64,000 nt of DNA from an uncultured Planctomycetota bacterium (GTDB taxonomy: Bacteria > Planctomycetota > Planctomycetia > Gemmatales > Gemmataceae), in assembly GCA_963849325.1 (NCBI GenBank), contig CAWKHF010000011.1:32001-96000 (forward strand), given 5' to 3'. A program made the translations under genes and the position numbers. The notes beneath the pieces were generated by a model. It had not been told where the DNA came from and made no database searches. It saw only the letters and a program-made list of their open reading frames with translations. The stretch's first letter is position 1. Each line of letters opens with the position of its first letter. This document shows positions 12,201-20,546 of the stretch, piece by piece.

Positions 12201-12421
12201 TAACAGCCCATCCAGATGTGCAGTCCGTGCTCCTCGACGCTCTGAGACCGCGCCGGGTTACGACCGCTGGCCCCCTTGCCGCCCAGCCGCCAACCCATCT
12301 GGTAGACGGTGAGGTCATAGCGATCACTCCAGCCGGCCTGGTCCGTCAGGGCGAACGCCGCCGCCAGGGAGCCGACGCCGCCCCCGAGGATCGCGATCCG
12401 GGTCTTGCCGTTGGTCGCCAT
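9287..12421 (-). CDS. FAD/NAD(P)-binding oxidoreductase (phytoene desaturase/HpnE-like) fused to a C-terminal acetoacetate decarboxylase-like domain
   Basis: Start MATNGKTRIAILGGGVGSLAAA (Rossmann fold), GWRLGGKGASGR, EHGLHIWMGCYENAF, NLYLTGDW...GCVEAAVMAG; Ala/Val/Pro linker; then AGREIYGFHK and VFLKQFRD (ADC-like). Confidence 0.8.
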   Translation of the reverse strand: MATNGKTRIAILGGGVGSLAAAFALTDQAGWSDRYDLTVYQMGWRLGGKGASGRNPARSQSVEEHGLHIWMGCYENAFQMIQKCYQELGRPPGTPLARWDDAFKTHSLVSIFENIDNRWLRWDCDFPTNDHVPGQGGACLTPWNFIVRLLQWMWRRYRTSMAGDVAAARTADHPPAPESHLFCAAERAEALESIAPHLHLALDHQIILGHLDQFLHEVEQTIAARIAQNDGLRRDWILLSLAGAIVRGVLRDDVIHTGFDPLDRYDFREWLQRHGAPEIAYQSAPVRALYDLVFAYEQGDMNKPNFAAGVALRALLRTTWGYQGAFAYKMQAGMGDVVFTPLYLVLRKRGVHFQFFHRVEGLTLSADKRSIAAVRIGRQATLKQQDREYEPLVCVKDLLCWPSTPCYEQLVEGDALRRLVDQGYEPLESAWSNWKNVEDITLKVGTDFDLVVLGIPVGSLPYLTKELMENNARWRDMVTQVKTVQTQAFQLWLKRDADGLGWHGRETALLGAYRASASDMSQLIPRENWPPGDDVHCIPYFCNPLADAATIPDPFTDPEFPRKQTEQVRQASLDFLTTGGAKPLWPLGVDPNHPDVLNWDLLAAPAGVQGARRFDHQFWRANIDPNERYVLSVRDSTRYRLRANESGFANLYLTGDWVLTGLNAGCVEAAVMAGMQVSRALCGRPAKVFGETDACGGWWGSRFTVATAAVSITVPVAVPAAAAAKPTYIERGGEQVYSQPVSFQGVRFSSFLLPADLGALQTLCDRYLNQPAQGRAIYRPLLPRVLLGVAAIARAQPTEAPGSQVGWIQETDVAFWVPVVELHRRGDFWLPVRLAWFQPYLFVDNPWAAAAGREIYGFHKAMARITSSPSLDGQAEFRVETLAVPRFNPQTEVDWKQLLKVYRADRDDGNGLARRWDHPLGAFLHFVETLAAGGVVKLAEEIPALHLGSHLDPREVSVVFLKQFRDVADGRQACYQAVVEAPARVVSFREAGVLAGDYRLAVGEFDTHPVIRELGLAGPEEKVLGAWYVDFDFIMETGTEVWKS

Positions 12422-12626
12422 GGACGGACCTCGCTCGCCGGAGGGAAGCGCCTGCCGTGCGTGCGGAGGCATCCATCCCCGAGGTCGGCCGGCTTGGCCC
12501 GGCGGCGCTGTCGCGCTTCGGCTACCTGTGGTGTGGAAAAAGGATCGGTCTCGTTGACCGAATCGGCTGCACTCTAACCGGGGAAAGGACGGAAGTAAAG
12601 AGAGGGACCCTTTTTTCTTACGGTCG

Positions 12627-12683
12627 GAGCCGCGACCGTTAGGGAGCGGAGGAGAGTTCACCGCTCCCTAACGGTCGCGGCTC
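12627..12683. repeat. REP-like palindrome, family B (23-bp perfect arms)
   Basis: GAGCCGCGACCGTTAGGGAGCGG (12627-12649) with reverse complement at 12661-12683; similar to 8785-8843. Confidence 0.88.
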
Positions 12684-12823
12684 GGATTCCGTCCTCCGTC
12701 ACGGTTGCTCAGCCATCTCGCGGAAGGTATCCTTTCCTGCTAGACCTGCCCCGCACGTGCCTTTTTGTCTCATCTTCATCGGCTGGGAGAGCAGCGAGAC
12801 CCCCGGTTCGGCGAGGACGGTGC

Positions 12824-13380
12824 ATGACCGAAACGCCTGCCAGTTTGCTCGAACGGCTGCGCCAGCCGTTTGAACTGGAAGCCTGGTCGCACTGTACGCT
12901 CCGCTCATCTACTCCTGGGGCCGTCGCGTCGGCTTGCAAGACCCGGACGCCGCCGACCTGACGCAGGACGTCTTCGCCACCCTGGTGCAAGTCCTGCCGA
13001 CGTTCACCTACGACCGCCACAAGAGCTTCCGCCGCTGGCTGCGCAGCGTGACCCTCAACAAATGGCGGAACACACGCAAGCAACGCAAGAACCGAGTCGT
13101 GAACGGGAGGGCCGCCGAGCTGAATCAGCTGGCCGGGCCGGACGAGCTGGAATCGCTCTGGGACGCGGAGTATCAGCAGTGCCTGGCCGGCCGCGCCTTG
13201 TCGATCATGCGGGCCGATTTCTAGGAGAGGATCTGGCGAGCTTGCTGGGAGATGGTTGTCGGCGGCCGGTCGGCGGCGGCGGTGGCTGACGAGCTGGGCC
13301 TGACCATCGGCGCCGCGTACGCCGCCAAGTTTCGTGTCCTGGATCGACTGCGGCGCGAGCTGCGCGGCATGTGGGAGTGA
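12824..13380 (+). pseudogene. ECF sigma-70 factor, disrupted
   Basis: MTETPASLLERLR...; LYAPLIYSW..R.GLQDPDAADLTQDVF...SFRRWLRSVTLNK; in-frame TAG at 13222-13224; then sigma4-like AVADELGLTIGAAYAAKFRVLDRLRREL. Frameshift or deletion near 12890. Confidence 0.8.
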
Positions 13381-13419
13381 CCAGGCGATCTTTTTCTCGT
13401 AAAGTTTCGGCCTCCTCGG

Positions 13420-14025
13420 TTGTTCGGTTGCGTCCTCTACCGCATGGCCACCGGCCAGCCAGCGCTCCACGGCAATGACCTGATCAGCACGATTATGGCC
13501 GTGATCGCCCGGGAGCCGAGGCCGCCGCACGAGCTGGAGGCCACCGTGCCGCCGGCGCTGTCGGAACTCATCATGAATCTGCTGGCCAAGGAGGCGAGAG
13601 ACCGGCCGGCCTCGGCACAGGCCGTCGCCGAGACGTTGGAGCGCATCGCCGCGGTAGGTGCCGCGAGCCGAGCGGCGCCCCAACCTCGGAAGAAGTGGTC
13701 GATTGGAGCTGGCGTGGCGGCGTGCTTGCTTCTGGGACTGCTGGGTCTATGGTCTGCCGGCGTGTTCAAGCTGAAGACGAAGGACGGGCGGCTCAGTTTG
13801 GTTCCGTCGGCTTCCGTCCGGATGGTACGACCCTTGCCGTCGTCGGCAATTGGGACCCCGACCTATACAACGTGCCAACGCGAACGAAGGAGCGGAGCCT
13901 GACTCCGAGTAATAGTAATGGGGAGACGGTGGCGTTCAGTCCGGATGGCCAAACGATAGCGGCGGGTTTCTGCGATGGCTCCATCCGCATGGGGGACGCG
14001 ACCAGTTGGAATGAAAAACATCTGC
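13420..14025 (+). pseudogene. Remnant of a membrane Ser/Thr kinase with WD40 repeats
   Basis: Only kinase subdomains IX-XI (GCVLYRMATGQP...LLAKEARDRPASA) and a TM helix are present. Another frame gives WD40-like VGFRPDGTTLA and VAFSPDGQTIAAGFCDGSIR. The N-lobe and catalytic loop are absent. Confidence 0.7.
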
Positions 14026-14136
14026 AGTCCGGTGATTTTCGTGCTTCGTCTTTGAAGACTTCTTGCACGCGCCGCCTCGGTCTGGCACACTTCAAGACAT
14101 TCGCCCTCCGCCGTCGAGGTCTGTCGAGGAGCCGCG

Positions 14137-15614
14137 ATGATCTGCATCTCCATCGCCCAGGAATCGCGCCGCCTGGCCCTGGCCGACATGCTCAACGCCT
14201 CGCGCCAGTGCGATCTGCTGGAAGTGCGGCTGGACCGCTTCGGCAAGGCGCCGGATTTGGGAGATCTGCTGGCGGTCAAGCCGAAGCCGGTCATCATGAG
14301 CTGTCGCCGGCCGTGCGACGGCGGCCTATGGGACGGCAGCGAGGACGAACGCCTGGCCATCCTGCGCCAGTGCATCATCAGCAAGGCCGACTACGTCGAG
14401 ATCGAGTTGGACGTGGCCGACCAGGTGCGCCGCTTCCCGCCGACGAAGCGCGTCATCTCGTACACCAACCGCATGGAGACGCCGGCCAACATCGCCGACA
14501 TTTACGCCCAGGCCCAGACGAAAAGCCCCGACGTCATCAAGCTGACGACGCTGGCGCGCACGCCGGAGGAGGCGTGGCCGCTGGTGCAAATCCTGGCGCG
14601 GGCGCCGCTGCCGACCGTGGTCGTCGGACTGGGTAAGCCGGGTGTTCTGCTCAGCGTGCTCGGCGCCAAGATCGGCGCTCCGTGGACCTACGCCGCTCTG
14701 GAACGCGGCATGGAAGCCTATCCCGATCAGCCGACCGTTGCCGACCTGGAGAACGTCTACCACTATCGCGCCATCAACCGCGCGACGCGCTTCATCGGCG
14801 TCACCAGCTTCGGCGAGCGCGAGCGGGCGACGGTCGCCGCCTTGAATGCCGCCTTCGCCCATCTGCAATTGCCGGCTCGCTGTCTGCCGCTGGGCGTCGG
14901 CAGCGTCCGCCTGTTCGGCAAGGTCATCGAGGCGGTGAAGCTGGCCGGCGCCGTCATCGACGCCGAGCATCGGCAATCGATCCTGGAGATCGCCAGCGAG
15001 CGCGAACCTTCGACGGCGCGGACGGGAGCGGCCGACCTGATCCTGCACCGCGACAACAAGTGGCACGCCTCCGACACGCAAGTCCCGGCCACGGTGAACG
15101 CCCTGGAATCGGCCCTGCGGCGCGGTCGGGTTCGGCCCAGCCGCTGGCCGGGAGGGTGGTCCTTCTCGTCGGCGTCAATGACCTGGCGCGGATGACGGCC
15201 CGCGAGTTGAAACAGCGTGGCAGTGCGCTGATCTTCGCCAGCCACGACCGCGACGCCGCCCATCGTCTCGCTCAGGAGATGAAATGTCGCTTCGTGCAGT
15301 TCGAGGCGATTTACACGACGATCCACGACGCTCTGGTGGTATGTGATGAGGAGAAGCCGCGCGGCCCCTCGCGCGGCGGCGAGACGGTCATCCACCCCGG
15401 CTACCTCAAGCCCGGCATGACCGTGATGGACTTGACCTCGCTGCTGGACCGGTCCCCCCTGCTGCGCGAGGCAGAACTGCGCGGCTGCGCGGTGGTAACC
15501 CCGCAGCAACTATGGCTGGAGCAAGTGTCGTTACAGGCTCGTTTGCTGACCAGCAAGGACGTGCCGCCGCACATCCTGGCTGACGCCGCCCCCTGGCTGC
15601 TGGAAGAGGTGTGA
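14137..15614 (+). CDS. Type I 3-dehydroquinate dehydratase / shikimate dehydrogenase-like fusion with degenerate catalytic motifs; frameshift near 15125
   Basis: LLEVRLD, SCRRPCDGGLW, DYVEIE, DVIKL (AroD fold); C-terminal LKPGMTVMDL...SPLLREAELRGCAVV...QVSLQ (AroE C-terminus) in ORF 14682..15614. Confidence 0.8.
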
Positions 15615-15708
15615 TCCTGCCGCGTACGGGCCGCCCCGGCCGGAATGCGCCAGCAATCCTTCGTCCGGCAGCGGCCTCCGCACCGCCATCGTCACTCCTG
15701 GCTCCGCA

Positions 15709-18077
15709 TCAGCGGTCGAACAGCCAGGCGAACAATCCCGTCTTTTTCCGAGACCGGCAGCGCGTTCCGGCTTTCTTTTTCTCCGCGGTTGGTAGGGCCC
15801 CGTTCTTCCGTGGTTCGCCGGTCCCGTTGGTTTCCGCGGAGGGAGGATCGTCCTGGTAGTTGCTGTAACCGCTGTAGTATTTATAACTGTAACCGTAGCC
15901 GTCCGAACCGTAGCCTTTCGCATCCGACCCGACCCCGTTGACGACTACCCCGATCACGTGCGCCCCCAGCGTGGTGAGGATCTCCTTGGCCCGCGACGCA
16001 TGGGGACGCGCGTTCTTGGAGATGCGCACCGTCAGGATCACGCCGTCCACGTAAGGCACCACGACGCAGGGATCGGTCACCGCCAACAGAGGCGGCGTGT
16101 CGATCAGCACGAAATCATATTGCTCACGGATGTAGGCGAGCAGTTCCTTGAAGCGAGGCAAGGAGAGCAGCTCCGCGGGGTTGGGAGGGATCGGTCCGCA
16201 GGGCAGGATGGACAGACCCGGAACGGACGTTGGGCTGAATAACGTCGTTGACCTCGACTTCCCCGCTCATCACGGAGGCTAATCCTTGCCTGGGCGAGAG
16301 GTTGAACAGCTTGTGCAGGCGGGGCCGGCGGAAGTCGGCGTCGATCAGGATCACTTTCTTTTCCGATTGGGCGATGGAAACGGCCAGGTTGGCGATGAGG
16401 GTCGATTTGCCATCTCCCATGTCGGGGCTGGTCACCTGAATGATCTTGTGGCCGCTTCCCCGGCTGTTGAAATAGAGGGCCGTTCGCACGCCGCGGTACG
16501 CTTCGGCCTCGCGCGACTTCGGCTGGTATACTGTGCGAAGGATCGGATTCAGCCGGACCCCTTCCACGGTGAGCCGTTCCTCGTCTTCCTCCGGCTCGAA
16601 CAAAGGGATGTGTCCCACCACGGGCAGGCCGAGCCGGCGACGGATTTCCTCGGGGGTGCGGAAGCTTTGATCGGACAATTCCGCCAGGTACGACAGGCCG
16701 AAGCCGGCGAGCAGTCCCAGGAGGAGGGCGCCGGCAAACACGGAGAGGGGCTTGGGGGCCACCTTGGTTCCGACCTCCGCCGGGGCGATGATTTCGGCTT
16801 CAAAGCCGCCGGCGAAGTTCTTGAGGATGCTCACTTCGTCCAGGCGCTTGGCCACGGCGTCGAAGAGTTGCTGGCTGCGCGCGATCTCCGTGCGGTAGGA
16901 TTCGCCCTTTTTCTCGAAACCGCGCAGGGGTTCCGCTTTCCGCTGCTCTTCCTGCAGTAATTTGGCCAGGGTCTCCGCCGCCATGCGCGTGTTCTCCAGT
17001 TCCAGCTTCAAGCTCTGCAGGTGAGTCTTCACGGGGTCCGTTCGCGTGGCTTCCTCATCCGGCGTGTCCTCCTCCAGGCTCCTCAGCCGCGAACGCAGCA
17101 TGGCCAGTTGATCGCGGACCGCGCAGCTGGGGATGGTCCGGGCCGTAACCGTTATCCTGGGACAGGGTTTTTTCTTGTAGTTCGAGGGTCATCAGACGAT
17201 CTTCCATCGACATGGTCGCCGTCGTTCCTTCGCCGCCCGTGCGCCGGGGCGCTTGGGCGATCATGGCGAGCAGTTCCGCCCGACTGTAACGGCCTTCTTT
17301 CAGGGCCATCTCCAGAGCGGCGATCCGTCCCCGAACCTCCGCCTCCTGGAGGAGAAGGGCCGAACGCTTGGCCTCCAGGCTCAGGAGCCGTTCTTGAGGG
17401 ACGCTGAGTCCATCCTTACTCTTCAAAGAGGCGGGATGGGTGACGATGAAATTATCATATTCGTTCTGTTTGGCAGTGAGCTTTTTCTCGAGGATGTCGT
17501 TGGCCTGAACGATGAGCTTGCCGGTCTCGTCGGCGACACTCTTGTATTTCGCGCTCAGGAAGCGCTGGTAGCTCTCGATGACAGCCGTCACGATGGCGGC
17601 CGTATCCTCGGCATGGGAACCGCGCACCGAGATATTCAGGATGCTGGTCAGATTGCCGGCGTTCGTCTCGCGCGACACCTTGAGCGACCCGATGATTTCT
17701 CCCGTGGGGTCTCCGCGCCCCGCGAAGGAGGGGAGACTCCCCAGGTTCGACTTTTTCACCGCGTCGCCCACGATGACGGGGCTGCGGATCAGGGTCTGGT
17801 GCGTGGACAGGTAGTCGTCGGTGTACGTCGGGCGCGTCTCGCTTCCGGGCAACGGCAGGGCTTCCGGCGTCTTTTTCACCACCAGTACCTGGGCGCTGGA
17901 CTGATAGATGGGAGTCGCACGGGCGTAATAGAGAGAACCCATCAGGCAGCCCACCACGACCCCAAGCAGCAGAAGTCTCTTGTGACGCCAGACGACGTGG
18001 AAGAGCTTGGGGCGAGCCTGTACCTGGATGGCCTCGAAGCTTTCCGAGGCGGTCGGCGATTCGAGCGAGTCGGTCAT
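15709..18077 (-). CDS. wzc: Polysaccharide co-polymerase / tyrosine autokinase (Wzc-type); frameshifts near 17120 and 16230
   Basis: N-terminal TM and PIYQSSAQVLV, coiled coil, second TM, AEAYRGVRT, Walker A TSPDMGDGKST, LIDADFRRP, LIDTPPLL, Tyr-rich tail GYGSDGYGYSYKYYSGYSNY. Confidence 0.92.
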
Positions 18078-18130
18078 GGTCGATTCTCGCGGATCTGCAA
18101 GTTGTGTTCGATGCGCGTATTTCGTACACA

Positions 18131-18183
18131 CTAGCCCGGAGTGCTAGCGACGGGGAAAACTCGTCGCGGGCGCTCCGGGCTAG
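18131..18183. repeat. Imperfect REP-like palindrome upstream of wzc
   Basis: CTAGCCCGGAGTGCTAGCGACG ... CGTCGCGGGCGCTCCGGGCTAG. Confidence 0.7.
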
Positions 18184-18271
18184 GAGCTCATGCGTTCTTG
18201 AACAAATCAATATACACGCCTCTGACCCCGGGCGTCCAGGCAATCTGGGGGAATCGTGACGGATTCACTCG

Positions 18272-18945
18272 TTAGCGACCCAGGGAGTAGGCGGCAAGCT
18301 TGACGTATTCGCGGAGATAGGTGATACAGCCGCGCTCGGATTGCCACCAGTTGGTGGCGTCGAATTCTTCGATAGGCGCGGCAACGAAGGAGAGGGAGGA
18401 GGCGTGGAGATTGGCCCTGCGAAACAAGAGGCGAGCCCGGCGCGTATGGTAATCGGAGGTCACGACGGTGACGGCACTGTTGGGGTGGTCCTCCAGAAAG
18501 CGGCCGAGCCGCGCCACCTCCTCGGTGGTGCTATCAACAGGGCCGGGCAGGAGGACGATCGCGGCGTCCGGGATCCGCGCGCGCACAGAACTCGCCTCGT
18601 GGCCTCGTTCTCCGACAGGGTCAGGCCGGCCTCGACCTCCGGAGAGGAACGGCATTCGGGAAGCAGAACCTGGCGAGCCAGCCCCGCCTTGTAGAGTGCC
18701 GCCGCCACCACCGGGCGCTGATCGCGGTCGCCGCCCAGCACCAGGACGAAGTCGGCGCGGCGCGGCGGCTCCGAGACGTCCAGGTATCGGCCCGCCCACG
18801 TCAGAAGAGGGGCGCGAGCCAGCCACACGGTCAGCGCAACGGCAAGGACGACGACCCATCGCTTCCAACGAGCCCGGCGTGGGGCGGCGGAAGAGTTGTC
18901 CTGACGGGCGGTTGCAGGGTTTTCTCGTACTGATCCGGATCCCAC
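18272..18945 (-). CDS. YdcF/ElyC/SanA (DUF218) family protein; frameshift near 18580
   Basis: N-terminal TM, ADFVLVLGG...RPVVAAALYKAG, DSTTEE, VVTSDYHTRRAR, NWWQSE...REYVKL. Start position uncertain. Confidence 0.85.
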
Positions 18946-19619
18946 GGCGAAGCTGCCTCCCCTTCTCCGGCCAGGCGGACGTGGGCGTAAGCGACCACCC
19001 CATCGAAGAAACTCAGTTGCCCTTCCTTGGCATGCCACCAGTTCGTTTCGTCATATTCCGGACTCGGCAAGGGACGCAAACGCACGCGCCCCGCCTCCGC
19101 GGCTGGTAAGAGCTTGTCGAGCAAATACCTCCACTTCCTCCCCTGGAAGCGCTTGCACAGGAAGGTAACGCGGCCGTCGGGGTGACGGTCCAGCCACTCT
19201 CCCAGGCGGCGCACGTGGTCCCAGCTGGTATTGCCAACGCTGGGAAGTACCTGGAGCTTTTCGGAAGCTGTGCCGAGTCGGACCAGCGCCTCCCGAGCCG
19301 ATTCGTCGTCGGGCGGTACGGCCCCCAGCCTCTGGGAGAGCTTGGGTGGGGTGGTGAGGACCAACACGCCCTCCGCCTGCTCTTCCCGGTACAATCGAAT
19401 GGCCTCCGACACTTCTGGTCCGGGCCACAGGACCAGCACGAATCCGGGCGATGCGGGCGGGTCTTCGTCCACCAGGAAACGGGCCGCCCCATGCAGCAGC
19501 TGCCCTCGCAACAGGTAGAGGATCAGGACCACCACACCCAGCACGAGCCAACGCCGCCAACGCCGCCTCTGCCGGGGAACAGCTTGTGGACCCTCCAATG
19601 GAGAAGATGCCGGCTTCAC
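18831..19619 (-). CDS. Second, divergent YdcF/DUF218-like membrane-anchored protein
   Basis: GTG start overlaps the GT2 stop; TM segment RWLVLGVVVLILYLLR, FLVDEDP, EAIRLYRE, YDETNWWH parallel the neighbouring paralog. The 3' end is uncertain. Confidence 0.65.
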   Translation of the reverse strand: MKPASSPLEGPQAVPRQRRRWRRWLVLGVVVLILYLLRGQLLHGAARFLVDEDPPASPGFVLVLWPGPEVSEAIRLYREEQAEGVLVLTTPPKLSQRLGAVPPDDESAREALVRLGTASEKLQVLPSVGNTSWDHVRRLGEWLDRHPDGRVTFLCKRFQGRKWRYLLDKLLPAAEAGRVRLRPLPSPEYDETNWWHAKEGQLSFFDGVVAYAHVRLAGEGEAASPWDPDQYEKTLQPPVRTTLPPPHAGLVGSDGSSSLPLR

Positions 19620-20533
19620 GATACGGTTTCTCCGGATGGTTGGACAATCCCTGGGAGTTTGGCTTGGGCGGCGAGACGCCGTTCGTAAACCTTGGCCCGA
19701 ATCTGACGGATGTAGGCCGAGCGGATTTGGCTGGCGATCAAACCGGGGCGGCCTTCGAGGAAGCCGAGACGGAATCCGTAGTGGTAGAAAAACCAGAGCC
19801 ACGGCTCGAACGGCAGGCGGATGATCCAGCTTTTGAGGAAGCGCCGCCGCTCCTGCGTATTGCCGAACAGGCGAGGGCGAATGGTATCTTCCCCATACCT
19901 TCCCGTCGTCAGGTAGCGGAACCGCAGGGCGGCCTCCCAGGTGGAGTATCGGTTGTGGCGGTCGAGGTAGGCGTGCAACCCCTTGAAGTCTTCGTGGATC
20001 AGCGGGGTGCGGAGTTTGCCGACCGGGCCATCGACAATGATACGCTCGTGGACCTCCATGTCCAAGCCGTCCCCCGCATCGCCGATGATCTGCTCAAATC
20101 GTGCCTTGCCCCGCCGGAAGAGCAACACGGCGGCGAACGAGAAGCCCCCGTGGCGGAAGCGGCGGCCGAGGAAGTGAAAGCCCTTGGTTATCAGGAAAGC
20201 GGCGGGGCCAGCCGGGGCCGCGACCGCGGCGGCAATCTCTTCCCAGAGGGCGGGCGGAACTACCTCGTCGGCGTCGAGCAGCAATACCCATTCCGTGGAA
20301 ATGTCCAGCGTATCCAGGGCCCACTGCCGCTTCTTGGGATAACCGCCGCGGTAGTCGAACTGTACGACTTCGGCACCGGCGGCCAGAGCGATTTCGGAGG
20401 TTTTATCGCGGCTATGGCTGTCCAGCACAATCACTCGGCCTACTGGAGTCAACGCCGCCAGGCACCGGGGTAGGTTTGCTTGCTCATTTTTTGCGGCTAC
20501 CAAGACGGTAATCGGAAGGTTGGATGGCTGCAT
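19616..20533 (-). CDS. Glycosyltransferase family 2
   Basis: ITVLVAAKNE..NLPRCL, LDSHSRDKT, WVLLLDADE, VHER, HNRYSTWEA. Confidence 0.92.
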   Translation of the reverse strand: MQPSNLPITVLVAAKNEQANLPRCLAALTPVGRVIVLDSHSRDKTSEIALAAGAEVVQFDYRGGYPKKRQWALDTLDISTEWVLLLDADEVVPPALWEEIAAAVAAPAGPAAFLITKGFHFLGRRFRHGGFSFAAVLLFRRGKARFEQIIGDAGDGLDMEVHERIIVDGPVGKLRTPLIHEDFKGLHAYLDRHNRYSTWEAALRFRYLTTGRYGEDTIRPRLFGNTQERRRFLKSWIIRLPFEPWLWFFYHYGFRLGFLEGRPGLIASQIRSAYIRQIRAKVYERRLAAQAKLPGIVQPSGETVS

Positions 20534-20546
20534 GCGCGACTGGAGA

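Noticed and set aside
9845-12577. Long antisense ORFs (910 aa here; also 3126-4508, 53357-54643, 57146-58492)
   Set aside because: They mirror well-supported genes on the opposite strand and carry no motifs, as expected from codon bias in high-GC DNA.
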